Assembly: GCA_965248535.1 (NCBI GenBank)
Contig: CBDFJR010000002.1
Location: 2,048,001-2,112,000, forward strand
DNA: 64,000 bases
Direction: 5' to 3'
Source: Phormidesmis sp.
GTDB taxonomy: Bacteria; Cyanobacteriota; Cyanobacteriia; Leptolyngbyales; Leptolyngbyaceae
The notes beneath the pieces are model-generated. The model worked only from the letters and a program-made list of their open reading frames with translations, was not told the origin of the DNA and did not search any database. Below, one piece after another: positions 38,582-52,836 of the stretch. The translations under genes and the position numbers were made by a program. The first letter of the stretch is position 1; each line of letters starts with the position of its first letter.

Positions 38582-39519
38582 TTACAGAGCATTCATCGCT
38601 TCTATCACTCGCTGAGAGACAAACGGGAGAATCGCTTCATTCGTGCTGTGAGATTTGCCTTCAGTAAAGACAACTAACAGATAGGGTTGGAGGTTGGGCA
38701 ACTCTACATAAGCGGCATCATGCCGGACTTGGCTCGTCAATCCGGCTTTTGACCACAGCCGCGCCCCTAGGGGCAGCCCACCGCCCAAAAAGCCCGTCAC
38801 CTGATTTTCTGGGTCAGCGCATTGAGATCGTTTGGGTTCAGCGATCGCCGCATCAAATTCATCATGGTCTGCGATCGGGCAGCCGACACCGCCACGCCGC
38901 CAATAATGCTGTGCAGCAGTTGAGCCGACGCATTAGTCGTGAGCATATTGCGATTCTCGAAGGTGTCGCCGACAAACGCCCGCTCTCGCCCATAGGCTCC
39001 ATCACACCACGTCTTCTGATTCATATTCACCGTAGCTAACTCTGACCAGCCCAACCCTTGAAAATAGCGGTTGACGATATTGCGCTGCTGCTTCCAGGTT
39101 TCAAACGGGGCGGCAGGCAGATCAGGCCCGCTGGTGGTGCCTGTCAAAATGTCCATCACCAGACTGGTAGCATCATTGCTCGAATCAACAATCATGTCGC
39201 GCAGCGCTCGCTCAAACTCTTTTGAAGTCTGAACCATGCCTTTCTCTAGCCATTCTTGGGCGGCCACCAAATAGAACAATTTGACCACGCTAGCCGGATA
39301 AATGCGCTCGACCCCGCGATAGGCAAAGCCTCGCACCGACTGCTGCCAAAACTCATTAGCGTTAATTGCCCCACCCGTGTTGACAAAAACCGGAGGATCA
39401 TAGACCAGCCAAGTGATCGCAATCTGGTTTTGGGCCAAACTGGGAAACTCTGACCAAGTGGCTTCGAGGATACGATCGCCCAAGGTTTGCAAGAGATCGT
39501 CTTTGCGGAAGAAAGTCAT
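38582..39519 (-). pseudogene. Serine hydrolase (class A beta-lactamase-like) split by a frameshift near 38819
   Basis: YPASVVKLF (SxxK), SSNDAT, then after the shift ADPENQVTGFLG...WSKAG...RHDAAY. Confidence 0.8.
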
Positions 39520-39581
39520 GATCGCTGTTAGAGGCGTGCGCCATTAATAATGAACTTGGTTTACCATCACTCATTTGTTCT

Positions 39582-40250
39582 ATGCAGTATCTCACTAAAG
39601 CTAACCTCAATCTCTATACCTCTGCGGAACTCCATAGCCTGGCAACTCAAGCCGAAACCGGCCGTTTTTTGCAAATTCTCTCAGAGTCTCACCCGTCTGC
39701 GCTGCAAGTTCGGTTGTGTGAAGACGACTATCCAGGTTGGTTAGCGGCTGACGATCGGCAATTTCTAGCGACCGCCTCCACCGTTTATGCCGCGCCCCTG
39801 TGGTCAGAGGCAGAGATTCAACAGCAAATTCCCCAGGTGATTGCGTTTGCTCAAGCGGCGATCGCGGTGCCCAATCACTATCTCTGGGGCGGAACGGTAG
39901 CTCCCCACTATGATTGCTCTGGGTTAATGCAGGCTGCGTTTGCGTCGGTGGGCATTCGGCTACCGAGAGATGCCTACCAGCAGGAAGAATTTGTCAGAAA
40001 AATTGTCCTCTCTGATCTAATACCAGGTGACTTAGTTTTTTTTGGTACGCCGATTAAAGCCACCCATGTGGGACTCTATTTGGGCGGCGATCGCTATATT
40101 CATAGTTCCGGCAAAGACCAAGGACGCAATGGCATTGGCATTGATCAACTCTCCGATCAAGGAGATGCCGTGAGTCGAACTTATTATGCACAACTGAGAA
40201 GCGCAGGACGAGTGGTCGAGAGCTACCAGCCACGAGGATTCTCTTCATGA
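39582..40250 (+). CDS. NlpC/P60 (C40) peptidase
   Basis: YLWGG, DCSGL, LPRDAYQQ, PGDLVFFG, THVGLY.G...YIHSS. Confidence 0.93.
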   Translation: MQYLTKANLNLYTSAELHSLATQAETGRFLQILSESHPSALQVRLCEDDYPGWLAADDRQFLATASTVYAAPLWSEAEIQQQIPQVIAFAQAAIAVPNHYLWGGTVAPHYDCSGLMQAAFASVGIRLPRDAYQQEEFVRKIVLSDLIPGDLVFFGTPIKATHVGLYLGGDRYIHSSGKDQGRNGIGIDQLSDQGDAVSRTYYAQLRSAGRVVESYQPRGFSS

Positions 40251-40544
40251 CCTGGCTGTCTATTTCAGAAAACCCGCCAAAAACTGTTTCCGGCCCTTGC
40301 CTACGTCCTACTCCTTTCGACACATAAAATCCAACTCCATCAAAAAGCCATAAAACCTTGACAAAGTAACACTTTCTTTTCCCAAAACTAAATAAATCAG
40401 TGCCATACTGGTTGGCTGATTGGTGATCTAAAAATCACTCTTTGGGTAGGTGTCAGATCTCTGAACAACTCCCATAATTCCGTGCCGGATTAGCCGTGAT
40501 TCCGGCAAAAGCTCCCAATCAGCCGTTTAGTTATTGTTATTGAC

Positions 40545-40766
40545 ATGAACGATCGCTTCCACACAGAAGACAGTCAAACTCCTCGCTTTCCTTTCTGGGC
40601 TTATCTCAATCAACCGCTTTTTCACCCTGCTCAACCCTTTTTTGCCCGTCCGCGTCGATTCTGGCGATACTACAACATTCAGCAGCTAGAGCATTGTTGG
40701 CTGCGATCAGAGTTACACCTGCTAGAACACTGCTGGCGACAAGACTTAAATACAGAAGAACAATAA
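40545..40766 (+). CDS. Small hypothetical protein
   Basis: 73 aa; FPFWAYLNQPLF motif and duplicated LEHCW. Confidence 0.55.
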   Translation: MNDRFHTEDSQTPRFPFWAYLNQPLFHPAQPFFARPRRFWRYYNIQQLEHCWLRSELHLLEHCWRQDLNTEEQ

Positions 40767-40976
40767 ATGATAAAGATTAGCCTTTGAAAGGCTCTAGAAA
40801 GCAGGGCAAACGCGCTATGTCAATAAGGTCAAGATTTAGCAGATTACTGCATATACTCTCAACAATCAGTACCTAATCGATAATCAGTTTTCCAGATCTA
40901 GAGAATGTTTGAAGTCTTAGAGCTATGTATATTCTCTACTGGGCTTATACGCATTTGCCCTGCTCCGATTCCCCTA

Positions 40977-41015
40977 TATTCTGGTGCATTTGTTGAGAAA
41001 AAATGCACCAGAATA
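40977..41015. repeat. 15-bp perfect inverted repeat (REP-like)
   Basis: TATTCTGGTGCATTT-N9-AAATGCACCAGAATA; degenerate half copy at 41133-41150. Confidence 0.65.
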
Positions 41016-41181
41016 CAGGCTTTCGTTTACAGAACTATCTCACCTTACATCTTTGCACCTATGAGAGAATGCGCCATTCAAGACCTCAGGGACTTCAGCG
41101 TTCAGTAACTGAAACTAGCTGCATTCTCTTGGAGAAAAAGTGCATCAGAACTTCCCCACGGTAAGAAGCAGCAGCAACTAA

Positions 41182-41213
41182 AAAGCCTCCGTTCTTAGCT
41201 GAAGGGAGGCTTT
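41182..41213 (-). terminator. rRNA operon terminator
   Basis: AAAGCCTCC...GGAGGCTTT hairpin just downstream of 5S. Confidence 0.7.
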
Positions 41214-41232
41214 GTTTCGTTTTTGAATATTG

Positions 41233-41350
41233 CCCTGGCGATGAGCTATTTTTGCGGGAGGCTACCCTCCAACTATCTTCGCCGCTGTCACGTTTCACAC
41301 CTGAGTTCGAGATGGGTCAGGGTGGGTCCACGACGCTAGAAACACCAGGA
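41233..41350 (-). rRNA. rrf: 5S rRNA
   Basis: TCCTGGTG...CATCTCGAACTCAGGTGTGAAAC...AATAGCTCATCGCCAGG. Confidence 0.95.
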
Positions 41351-41435
41351 AAGCTTGGGGCTTTCTCCTATCGGAGGATAGAGCCATGAAGGCTGCATAG
41401 AAACTTGCTTTTGACACTATCGTGTTGAAGATGAG

Positions 41436-44322
<2,887 letters not shown>

Positions 44323-44544
44323 ACTTCAATCAATCAACATTGGTGTCTGTGATATTTGTGGGAACAACCAACAACTCGCCTTTCAGCTCATCGCTAGTTA
44401 TTCACTACTTTCTACCTGACAAGTTTCTATGCAGTTTTCATGGTTCTGTCTGGAACAAGTCCAGCAGGCTCTCTAATTATTTAGACGAGTTGCTGAAATT
44501 GAATCTGGCTCGGACTACGACAGGAGAAAGCTCTCAGCTTTCAG

Positions 44545-44617
44545 TGGAGGTTAACGGACTCGAACCGTTGACATCCTGCTTGCAAAGCAGGCGCTCTACC
44601 AACTGAGCTAAACCCCC
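44545..44617 (-). tRNA. trnA: tRNA-Ala (TGC)
   Basis: GGGGGTTTAGCTCAGTTGGTAGAGCGCCTGCTTTGCAAGCAGG. Confidence 0.97.
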
Positions 44618-44630
44618 TCGTTTCAAAAGG

Positions 44631-44704
<74 letters not shown>

Positions 44705-44857
44705 ATAACCCGAACCAATCTCACATAGCTTAGAAGTCAACACTTATTCCTCGAACGACCTTGGGATGACCAGTCTCTTCTCTAATGACTCAATCTTCCA
44801 AGCAATCGAAATTGACTGGACTTTGAATCTTCAAGTCGAAACGGGTAGGTCTCCCTA

Positions 44858-46348
<1,491 letters not shown>

Positions 46349-46586
46349 TTGTTTAATACACGGAGCTTGTTTCAGCTCACGAAATAAGATTCTATCTAGT
46401 CAGAATTAACTGACCAGCAAACCTCTTCGACTCTTTAACCCTTAAAGCACTACCGAAGTAGCTACCCTAAATCAATTTGCTTTGACGAGGTTTAAGTGCT
46501 ATTATGACTTCTAAACTATGCAATTGTCTTGGTTCTACGCGGGAAGAACCTCCGCTTTCGCATCCGTTCCTCTCACCCGCTTGACT

Positions 46587-46615
46587 AATATAACAACCCC
46601 AACTGAACTTGTCAA
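46587..46615 (-). promoter_or_regulatory. rRNA operon promoter
   Basis: TTGACA-17 nt-TATATT; boxA-like AGAACCAAGACAAT downstream. Confidence 0.8.
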
Positions 46616-46900
46616 GGGGTTCTACAAAAAATGCTCTGGGTCGCTTAAGAGTCTTTGCAGCAGGGTCTTTGGGGCGATCTTACTTCAATAGCTTTTAAGT
46701 TGAGGTCGTGCATTCTATAGCCCGTGCGTCACGATCACGATCTGACAGGAGTAGGCAGAAAATAGTTCTCTTATACATAAGGCAGTTTTTTCAGGAGCTA
46801 CCCAGGTTAATTAAGCGGTCGCCTCTGCTGAAGACCTGATCAGTTTGCCAATTTGAGCGACAATTGATCAGCGAACAGGATAGTAATAGGGCGAGTTGCT

Positions 46901-47785
46901 GTGAATTTTCAGTCGGTGATTGCGACACTGCATCAATTTTGGGGCGATCGGGGCTGTTTAATCGCTCAACCTTATGATACTGAGAAGGGCGCGGGCACTA
47001 AGAGTCCGCATACGTTTTTGAGGGCGATCGGGCCTGAGCCGTGGTCGGTGGCTTATGTTGAGCCGTGCCGCCGTCCGGGAGACGGGCGATATGGAGAAAA
47101 CCCAAATCGCTATCAGTATTATTATCAATATCAAGTGTTGATTAAGCCGTCACCAGATAATATTCAAGAGATCTATTTAGAGTCTCTCAGGGCGTTGGGC
47201 ATTCGACCAGAGGATCACGATGTTCGGTTTGTAGAAGATAACTGGGAAGATGCGGCTGTCGGGGCGTGGGGCGTGGGCTGGGAGGTCTGGCTAGATGGGA
47301 TGGAGGTGACACAGTTCACTTATTTTCAGCAGTGTGGAGGGCTTGACTGCCGCCCGGTGTCAATCGAGATCACCTATGGTCTAGAGCGATTGACGATGTA
47401 TCTGCAAGGAGTGGATGCGATCGCTAAGATTCAATGGAATGATCGGCTGACCTATGGAGACGTGCACCTGCAAGGGGAAATCGAGCAGTCTACTTATAAT
47501 TTTGAAGCGTCGAACCCTGACTTGTTGTTTAACTTATTTGGGCTGTATGAGCAAGAAGCGGGACAGCTAATTGAGCGATCGCTGGTTTTGCCTGCTCTAG
47601 ATTATGTTTTGAAGTGTTCGCACACGTTTAACCTGCTGGATGCCAGAGGAGTGATCTCAGTCACCGAACGCACCCGCTATATCGGCAGAATTCGGACTTT
47701 GGCGAGGCAGGTGGCACAGTTTTATCTCAAGCAGCGTGAAGCGCTTGGCTTTCCGTTGCTGAACCGTCAAAAAGAAGTCAAATAA
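46901..47785 (+). CDS. glyQ: Glycine-tRNA ligase alpha subunit
   Basis: [45 protein letters not shown]. Confidence 0.97.
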   Translation: MNFQSVIATLHQFWGDRGCLIAQPYDTEKGAGTKSPHTFLRAIGPEPWSVAYVEPCRRPGDGRYGENPNRYQYYYQYQVLIKPSPDNIQEIYLESLRALGIRPEDHDVRFVEDNWEDAAVGAWGVGWEVWLDGMEVTQFTYFQQCGGLDCRPVSIEITYGLERLTMYLQGVDAIAKIQWNDRLTYGDVHLQGEIEQSTYNFEASNPDLLFNLFGLYEQEAGQLIERSLVLPALDYVLKCSHTFNLLDARGVISVTERTRYIGRIRTLARQVAQFYLKQREALGFPLLNRQKEVK

Positions 47786-47788
47786 AAA

Positions 47789-47814
47789 TAGAGATGCAAA
47801 ATATTGCATCTCTA
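47789..47814. terminator. REP-like hairpin between convergent glyQ and pdhC
   Basis: TAGAGATGCAA-AATA-TTGCATCTCTA. Confidence 0.65.
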
Positions 47815-47840
47815 CGAAAGATATTGACTTTAAGGTCAGG

Positions 47841-49130
47841 CTAGAGCGTCAAAGACTGAGGGTTGGTCTCAATCAGCTTCGCCAAGTCTTTGAGAAATGC
47901 GGCAGCATGGGCACCGTAGATAATGCGATGGTCGCAGGTGATATTAACTTTCATTTGCCGACGCACTCCCAACATACCGTCGTTGTTTGCGACAACCTGC
48001 GGACGAGAGGCCCCGATCGCCAAAATCGACCCTTGACCCGGCGGTAAAATTGCGTCAAACATTTCAACGCCAAACATCCCCAAATTAGAGATGGTAAAGG
48101 TGCCTGAACTATATTCGTCGGGCTGTAGCTGTTTAGAACGGGCCCGATCGACCAAATCTTTCCAACTGCGCGACAGGGAATAGAGATCTACTTGATCGGC
48201 TTTTTGCAACACAGGAGTGATCAGCCCACCGTCATCCATCGCCACCGCAACCGCAACGTTAATGGCAGCATTATAGTGAGTGCCCTGATTAACATAGCTA
48301 GCATAGAGAAGTGGATGCTTTTGCAACGTCACTGCAACAGCTTTTGCCAACAGCGCGGTCATCGTCACGCCCTTAGACTTAAGCTGCTTATAGAGACTAT
48401 CTAAATTATCTGTCCCGATCGTGTAGGCAACGTGATAGGTGGGCACTTCTAGACTAGTCAACATATTCCGCACAACCGCATTTTGCAGCGTGGTCATTGG
48501 CGTAGTCTGCCCCGGCAGCGAAGGAACGGGCGCGGGAGTTGCCGGAGCTTTGGGAGCCACCACTGCGGGAGTCATAGAAGCGGCGATCGTCGGCATAGAA
48601 ACCACTGGGGCAGCAGACTTTCCGGCCGCAGCCTCAACATCTTCGGCCACGATTCGCCCGTGGGGGCCACTGCCTTGCAGGGTTGCCAGGTCAACTTTCA
48701 AATCTTTTGCCAGCTTGCGGGCGCGAGGCGACACCACAACCCGTCCATTTTGCTGAGGGGCAGCCCCAACTGAAGAGCTAGCCTGAACCGCAACCGCCTC
48801 TTGTCGAGCCGCTGTCGTTGCCGCAGCAGGAGCCGAAACCGCAGCAGGTTGGGCACTTCCGGCTCTTTGTTTGGCGGTTTCAATTTCGGCTTCGGTCTCA
48901 GCCAGCAGCGCGATCGCGGCCCCTACAGGGGCAGATTCTCCGGCGGGTGTGACAATCACCGCTAAATAGCCCTCATAAAAGGACTCCACATCCATATCGG
49001 CCTTGTCAGACTCAACCACAACCACCGTTTCGCCCTTTTCAATCTTGTCACCCGGCGATTTAACCCAGGAAACAATTTTTCCTTCGGTCATGGTGGAACT
49101 GAGAGCAGGCATGAAAATTTCGTTAATCAT
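47841..49130 (-). CDS. pdhC: Pyruvate dehydrogenase E2, dihydrolipoamide acetyltransferase
   Basis: Lipoyl domain VESDKADMDVE, E3-binding SPRARKLA...GSGPHGRI, DHRIIYGA. Confidence 0.95.
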   Translation of the reverse strand: MINEIFMPALSSTMTEGKIVSWVKSPGDKIEKGETVVVVESDKADMDVESFYEGYLAVIVTPAGESAPVGAAIALLAETEAEIETAKQRAGSAQPAAVSAPAAATTAARQEAVAVQASSSVGAAPQQNGRVVVSPRARKLAKDLKVDLATLQGSGPHGRIVAEDVEAAAGKSAAPVVSMPTIAASMTPAVVAPKAPATPAPVPSLPGQTTPMTTLQNAVVRNMLTSLEVPTYHVAYTIGTDNLDSLYKQLKSKGVTMTALLAKAVAVTLQKHPLLYASYVNQGTHYNAAINVAVAVAMDDGGLITPVLQKADQVDLYSLSRSWKDLVDRARSKQLQPDEYSSGTFTISNLGMFGVEMFDAILPPGQGSILAIGASRPQVVANNDGMLGVRRQMKVNITCDHRIIYGAHAAAFLKDLAKLIETNPQSLTL

Positions 49131-49341
49131 TGCGGTGGTGTCTGGGTCAACGAGAAGATCAAAGTTTATTGTTAATCGGGCAGGATGGCTAACCGGGAAG
49201 CATTCATGGCTAATGAGAAAGCCTACTCGTCAAATTTTATCGGATTCAACCCAAAAATGCTGGTGCTAGAAAATTAATCAGGGCAAAGCGATCGGGCGAT
49301 CGTCCTCAGCAGGAGCTTGCGTCTAAGCTTTGCCCCGATCG

Positions 49342-49791
49342 CTAAACGTCTCCTCTGATTTCTTCAACAATGCCGTCGCGCAGCAGAATCTCAACCTGCA
49401 TCTTTTCGATCAGGTTATCGCCAGGCTCAATCCGAAAGGTGCTGTTCACCTGCCCTTGACTGACTTCTTGATTGAGTTCTAACATCTGCACTTGTTGAAG
49501 CTGCTGGAGCAGTTGATTTTTTTGCTCTAATAGCTCGCTCTTGCGCTGGTTGAACTGAACCTTGACGCTTTCGATCTGTTGGGCCGCTTCGGGGCCAGGA
49601 GGCTGAATGGTTTGGCGCTGCATTTCAGAAACGACCTGCTGCAACTGCATTTCTAGCTGCTGCAACTGGTTGTCAATCTGATTGAGTTGTGACTGAAGTT
49701 GCTGCTGCGCTTCTTCTTTCCAACGGGGAGTCACGATCGCTTTGACGTTGACATTTCGCTGCAATAACAAATGAGATTTTGAGTCGTCCAT
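49342..49791 (-). CDS. YlqD family protein
   Basis: L.R.V.VKAIVTP.WKEE, Gln-rich coiled coil, GDNLIEKMQVEILLRDG. Confidence 0.85.
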   Translation of the reverse strand: MDDSKSHLLLQRNVNVKAIVTPRWKEEAQQQLQSQLNQIDNQLQQLEMQLQQVVSEMQRQTIQPPGPEAAQQIESVKVQFNQRKSELLEQKNQLLQQLQQVQMLELNQEVSQGQVNSTFRIEPGDNLIEKMQVEILLRDGIVEEIRGDV

Positions 49792-49851
49792 AAATGCTGA
49801 ATTCAGAGAAGGTTGAGAGAGGTCAACTAGCTGTCGGAGAACGATCCCACG

Positions 49852-51752
49852 TCAATCGAACATCTCGTTAATCATACCCTGGTAGCGATCCATCACGACG
49901 TTGCGACGAATTTTTAGGGTTTGCGTCAAGAGATTATTCTCGATCGTAAACGGCTCTGACAGCAAGCGAAAAGTGCCGATGCGATCGTCGAGACGCGCCC
50001 CGGCTCGCTCTTTTACCAATCGGGTCAACTCTTGTCGAAACAGGTCTTGAATCGGTTGGCTATTGAGATCAATATGGGTTGATGAAGGTTGCGTTAAGCT
50101 CCACTTTTCTAGCGCTTCCAAGTTCGGAACGATCAGAGCACCCAAGACTTTTTGGTCTTGTCCGACAATCATCAGTTGATCGATATAGGGGCTTCTCAAA
50201 CAGGCATCTTCGATCGGCTGCGGCTCAATGTTTTCGCCGTTGGTGAGCACGATCGTGTCTTTGGCTCGTCCGGTAATAATCAAGTTATCGTCAGCCGTCA
50301 CCATGCCCAAATCGCCAGAGTCAAACCAGCCCTCAGCGTCGATCGCTTTCGCCGTCGCGGTTGGATTGTTGTAATAACCCTGCATCACCTGGGGGCCTCG
50401 AATCAGCACCAGTCCGCGTTGCCCGGCGATTAGCGGCTTGCGGGTTTCGAGATCGACAATCTGAATCTCGGTGCCCGGCAGAGGTTCTCCATCGGCTCCG
50501 CGAATATTGCGCCACGGGCGACGCACATTGGTGATCGGCGAAGTCTCGGTTAACCCATAGCCGCCCAGAATCTCAATGCCAACAATCTCAAAAAAGTCTT
50601 CTAAATGTTCAGCGATCGAGCCTCCCCCACTGACGACAAACACCAAATTTCCGCCCGTCCCAGCCCGAATTTTTTGATAAACCAACCTGTCTGCCAGTTG
50701 ATGAACCGACCACAGAGCCGACATTTTCAGCGTGGCGGCCGTGCGTTCTAAGGCTGAAGGGTTGGGACGATCGAGGTTTAACCCCGTCGCCGTTCGGCGC
50801 GCCATGATGAATTGCTGACTCGCGTTCAAAAGAAAGTTGACCAGCTTTTGCTGCTTGGCGGGCTGCTCACGAAACTGTTTTTGAATGCCTTCATAGATCG
50901 ACTCCCACAGCCGAGGAACGCCGACCATATAGTGGGGCTGGTGATCTTTGAGATCTTTTTTAACGTGGCGAATCGTTGTGTAGATCTGAGTGCACCCGTT
51001 AGAAAAAATAAAATATTCAAACGCCCGCTCATAGGCGTGCCAGATCGGGAGAATGCTAAGAACTCTTTCCCCTGGTTGAGGCTGCACCACGGCCGCGGCA
51101 CCTGTCACCTGCGAGAGCAAATTTCCGTGACTCAGCATCACGCCTTTGGGGTTCCCCCCGTCCCGGAGGTATACATCAACGTGGCGAGAGTCTGGCGGGT
51201 TTGATCAACGGGCTGAAGCGACTGCTGTTGACCAAGCTCTAAAACCTGCGAGAAGGTCATAATTTTTAGCGATTCATCAGCCGGAGCCTCATCAGACAGC
51301 ACCACTACAAACTGAATCGGCAGATCGGTCAATCCGGCTCGAAGTTTTTTGAGCAGTTCTGAGTCTTGGACAATGAGCGCGATCGCGCCACTGTCTTTGA
51401 GAATAAACAGCAATTCATCAGGGTCTGCTTGAGACCCGCGCACCACGTCAGCAGCGCCCGATCGCATTACCCCTTGATCGGCAACCAGCCAACGAGGACT
51501 GTTATCCGCAAAGAGCGCTACGCGCTGGGGAATTGCATCGGTTGTGGGTTGAAGACCCAACGCCTGCAAGCCGGCCGCAAACTGCTGCATTTTTTGGTGC
51601 AGGTCAGCATAGGTCAGCTTGACTTCTGGCTTGGCGTGAGGGTCATAAACCGCGACGACATTGGCAAACCGTTGGGCCGCGATCGTCCACATTTCAGGCA
51701 GCGACTTTACCGATTCATAGTCTGACGATCTCAGCCCAGCAGCACGGTTCAT
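49852..51752 (-). pseudogene. aas: Long-chain acyl-ACP/acyl-CoA synthetase with a one-base frameshift at about 51150-51160
   Basis: ORFs 51138..51752 and 49852..51141 join across the AMP-binding motif YTSGT.G.PKGVMLSHGN; GYGLTETSP, GWFDSGDLG, GRAKD. Confidence 0.85.
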
Positions 51753-51947
51753 GGCAAGTACCTCTTAAAACCTATTAAATAATGATTCCCTAAGTGTCTC
51801 GCACTCTCAGTTCACCCTAGCTTTGTGACCGAGCACAAGGGATGTCAATCAGACACAATTCCTTTTGTCTACTGATCAACCTGTGGCAACAGCCGACCCA
51901 TTTTTTAACTAATATAAAGTCATTGTTTGTGAATCGATTAGTTAGCT

Positions 51948-52232
51948 ATGCCAAAAGCAATTTGGAATGGTGCCGTTTTAGCAGAGAGCGATCGCTGCGA
52001 AGTCGTAGACGGAAACCAATATTTTCCCCCCGACTCGATCAAGCAAGACTACTTCAAAGAGAGCAACACTCACACAACCTGCGGCTGGAAGGGCGTTGCC
52101 AGCTATTACAGCGTCGAAGTAGAGGGGCAGGTCAACAAAGATGCCGCGTGGTATTATCCGACTCCTAAAGAGGCTGCCAAAAACATCACTGGCTACATCG
52201 CCTTTTGGAAAGGGGTCAAAGTCGAAGCTTAA
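51948..52232 (+). CDS. DUF427 protein
   Basis: A.WNG.VLAESD, GN.YFP, T.C.WKG.ASYY, DAAWYYP.P. Confidence 0.9.
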   Translation: MPKAIWNGAVLAESDRCEVVDGNQYFPPDSIKQDYFKESNTHTTCGWKGVASYYSVEVEGQVNKDAAWYYPTPKEAAKNITGYIAFWKGVKVEA

Positions 52233-52340
52233 ACACCTGAGTTAACGCGTCTCGACAGCGGTTGCCCTCATCTCAAGCCACTCCTATACAAAGGAGGGAC
52301 GAGAGGTGGGGGCTTTTGCATGAGAATCGCAGAGAGTCAC

Positions 52341-52664
52341 CTAGGCAGACTTTTGCACCCGCTTAACTCTGGGCTTGCGCGTGCCAGAGGAGGATGTTTT
52401 TTGAGCCGTCGCTAGATAATGCTTGAGGGTTGAAGACCGAATCTCGATGCCGTTTTCGTTGAGAATTTTGGTCAACTCATCATAGCCATATCCTTTAGCC
52501 AGCGAGGCTTTGAGCGGCTCTCTTAGGGCAGCGATCGCTTCTCGCAGCGACACATTTTCTTGAGGCTTCTCAGGCAGATCGGCAAACAGTGACTCGATCT
52601 GATCAATTGCGGTTGCCTCAACTTTATTGGCGGCAATCGACTTTTTAGTTTTTGCGACTGTCAT
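52341..52664 (-). CDS. Small basic helical protein, probably DNA-binding
   Basis: LREAIAALREPLKASLAKGYGYDELTKILNENGIEIRSSTLKHYL with a Lys/Arg-rich tail. Confidence 0.7.
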   Translation of the reverse strand: MTVAKTKKSIAANKVEATAIDQIESLFADLPEKPQENVSLREAIAALREPLKASLAKGYGYDELTKILNENGIEIRSSTLKHYLATAQKTSSSGTRKPRVKRVQKSA

Positions 52665-52836
52665 TTTTCAATGTCCACGGTGATATCACAATCTTATTCT
52701 AGTGTCTAAACTCCATTCCGACATGATTAAATTGCGTGTATTTTGATCATTCATTTCTGCAATCGTCGGGTTGATGAGACTAATATTCGTTCTATTGATC
52801 AGTTGCCTTTTGGGGATGCCCGGCGATCGCGCATTC

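Noticed and set aside
51138..51160. Programmed ribosomal frameshift in aas
   Set aside because: No canonical slippery heptamer or clear stimulatory structure; two other single-base shifts nearby favour error or mutation
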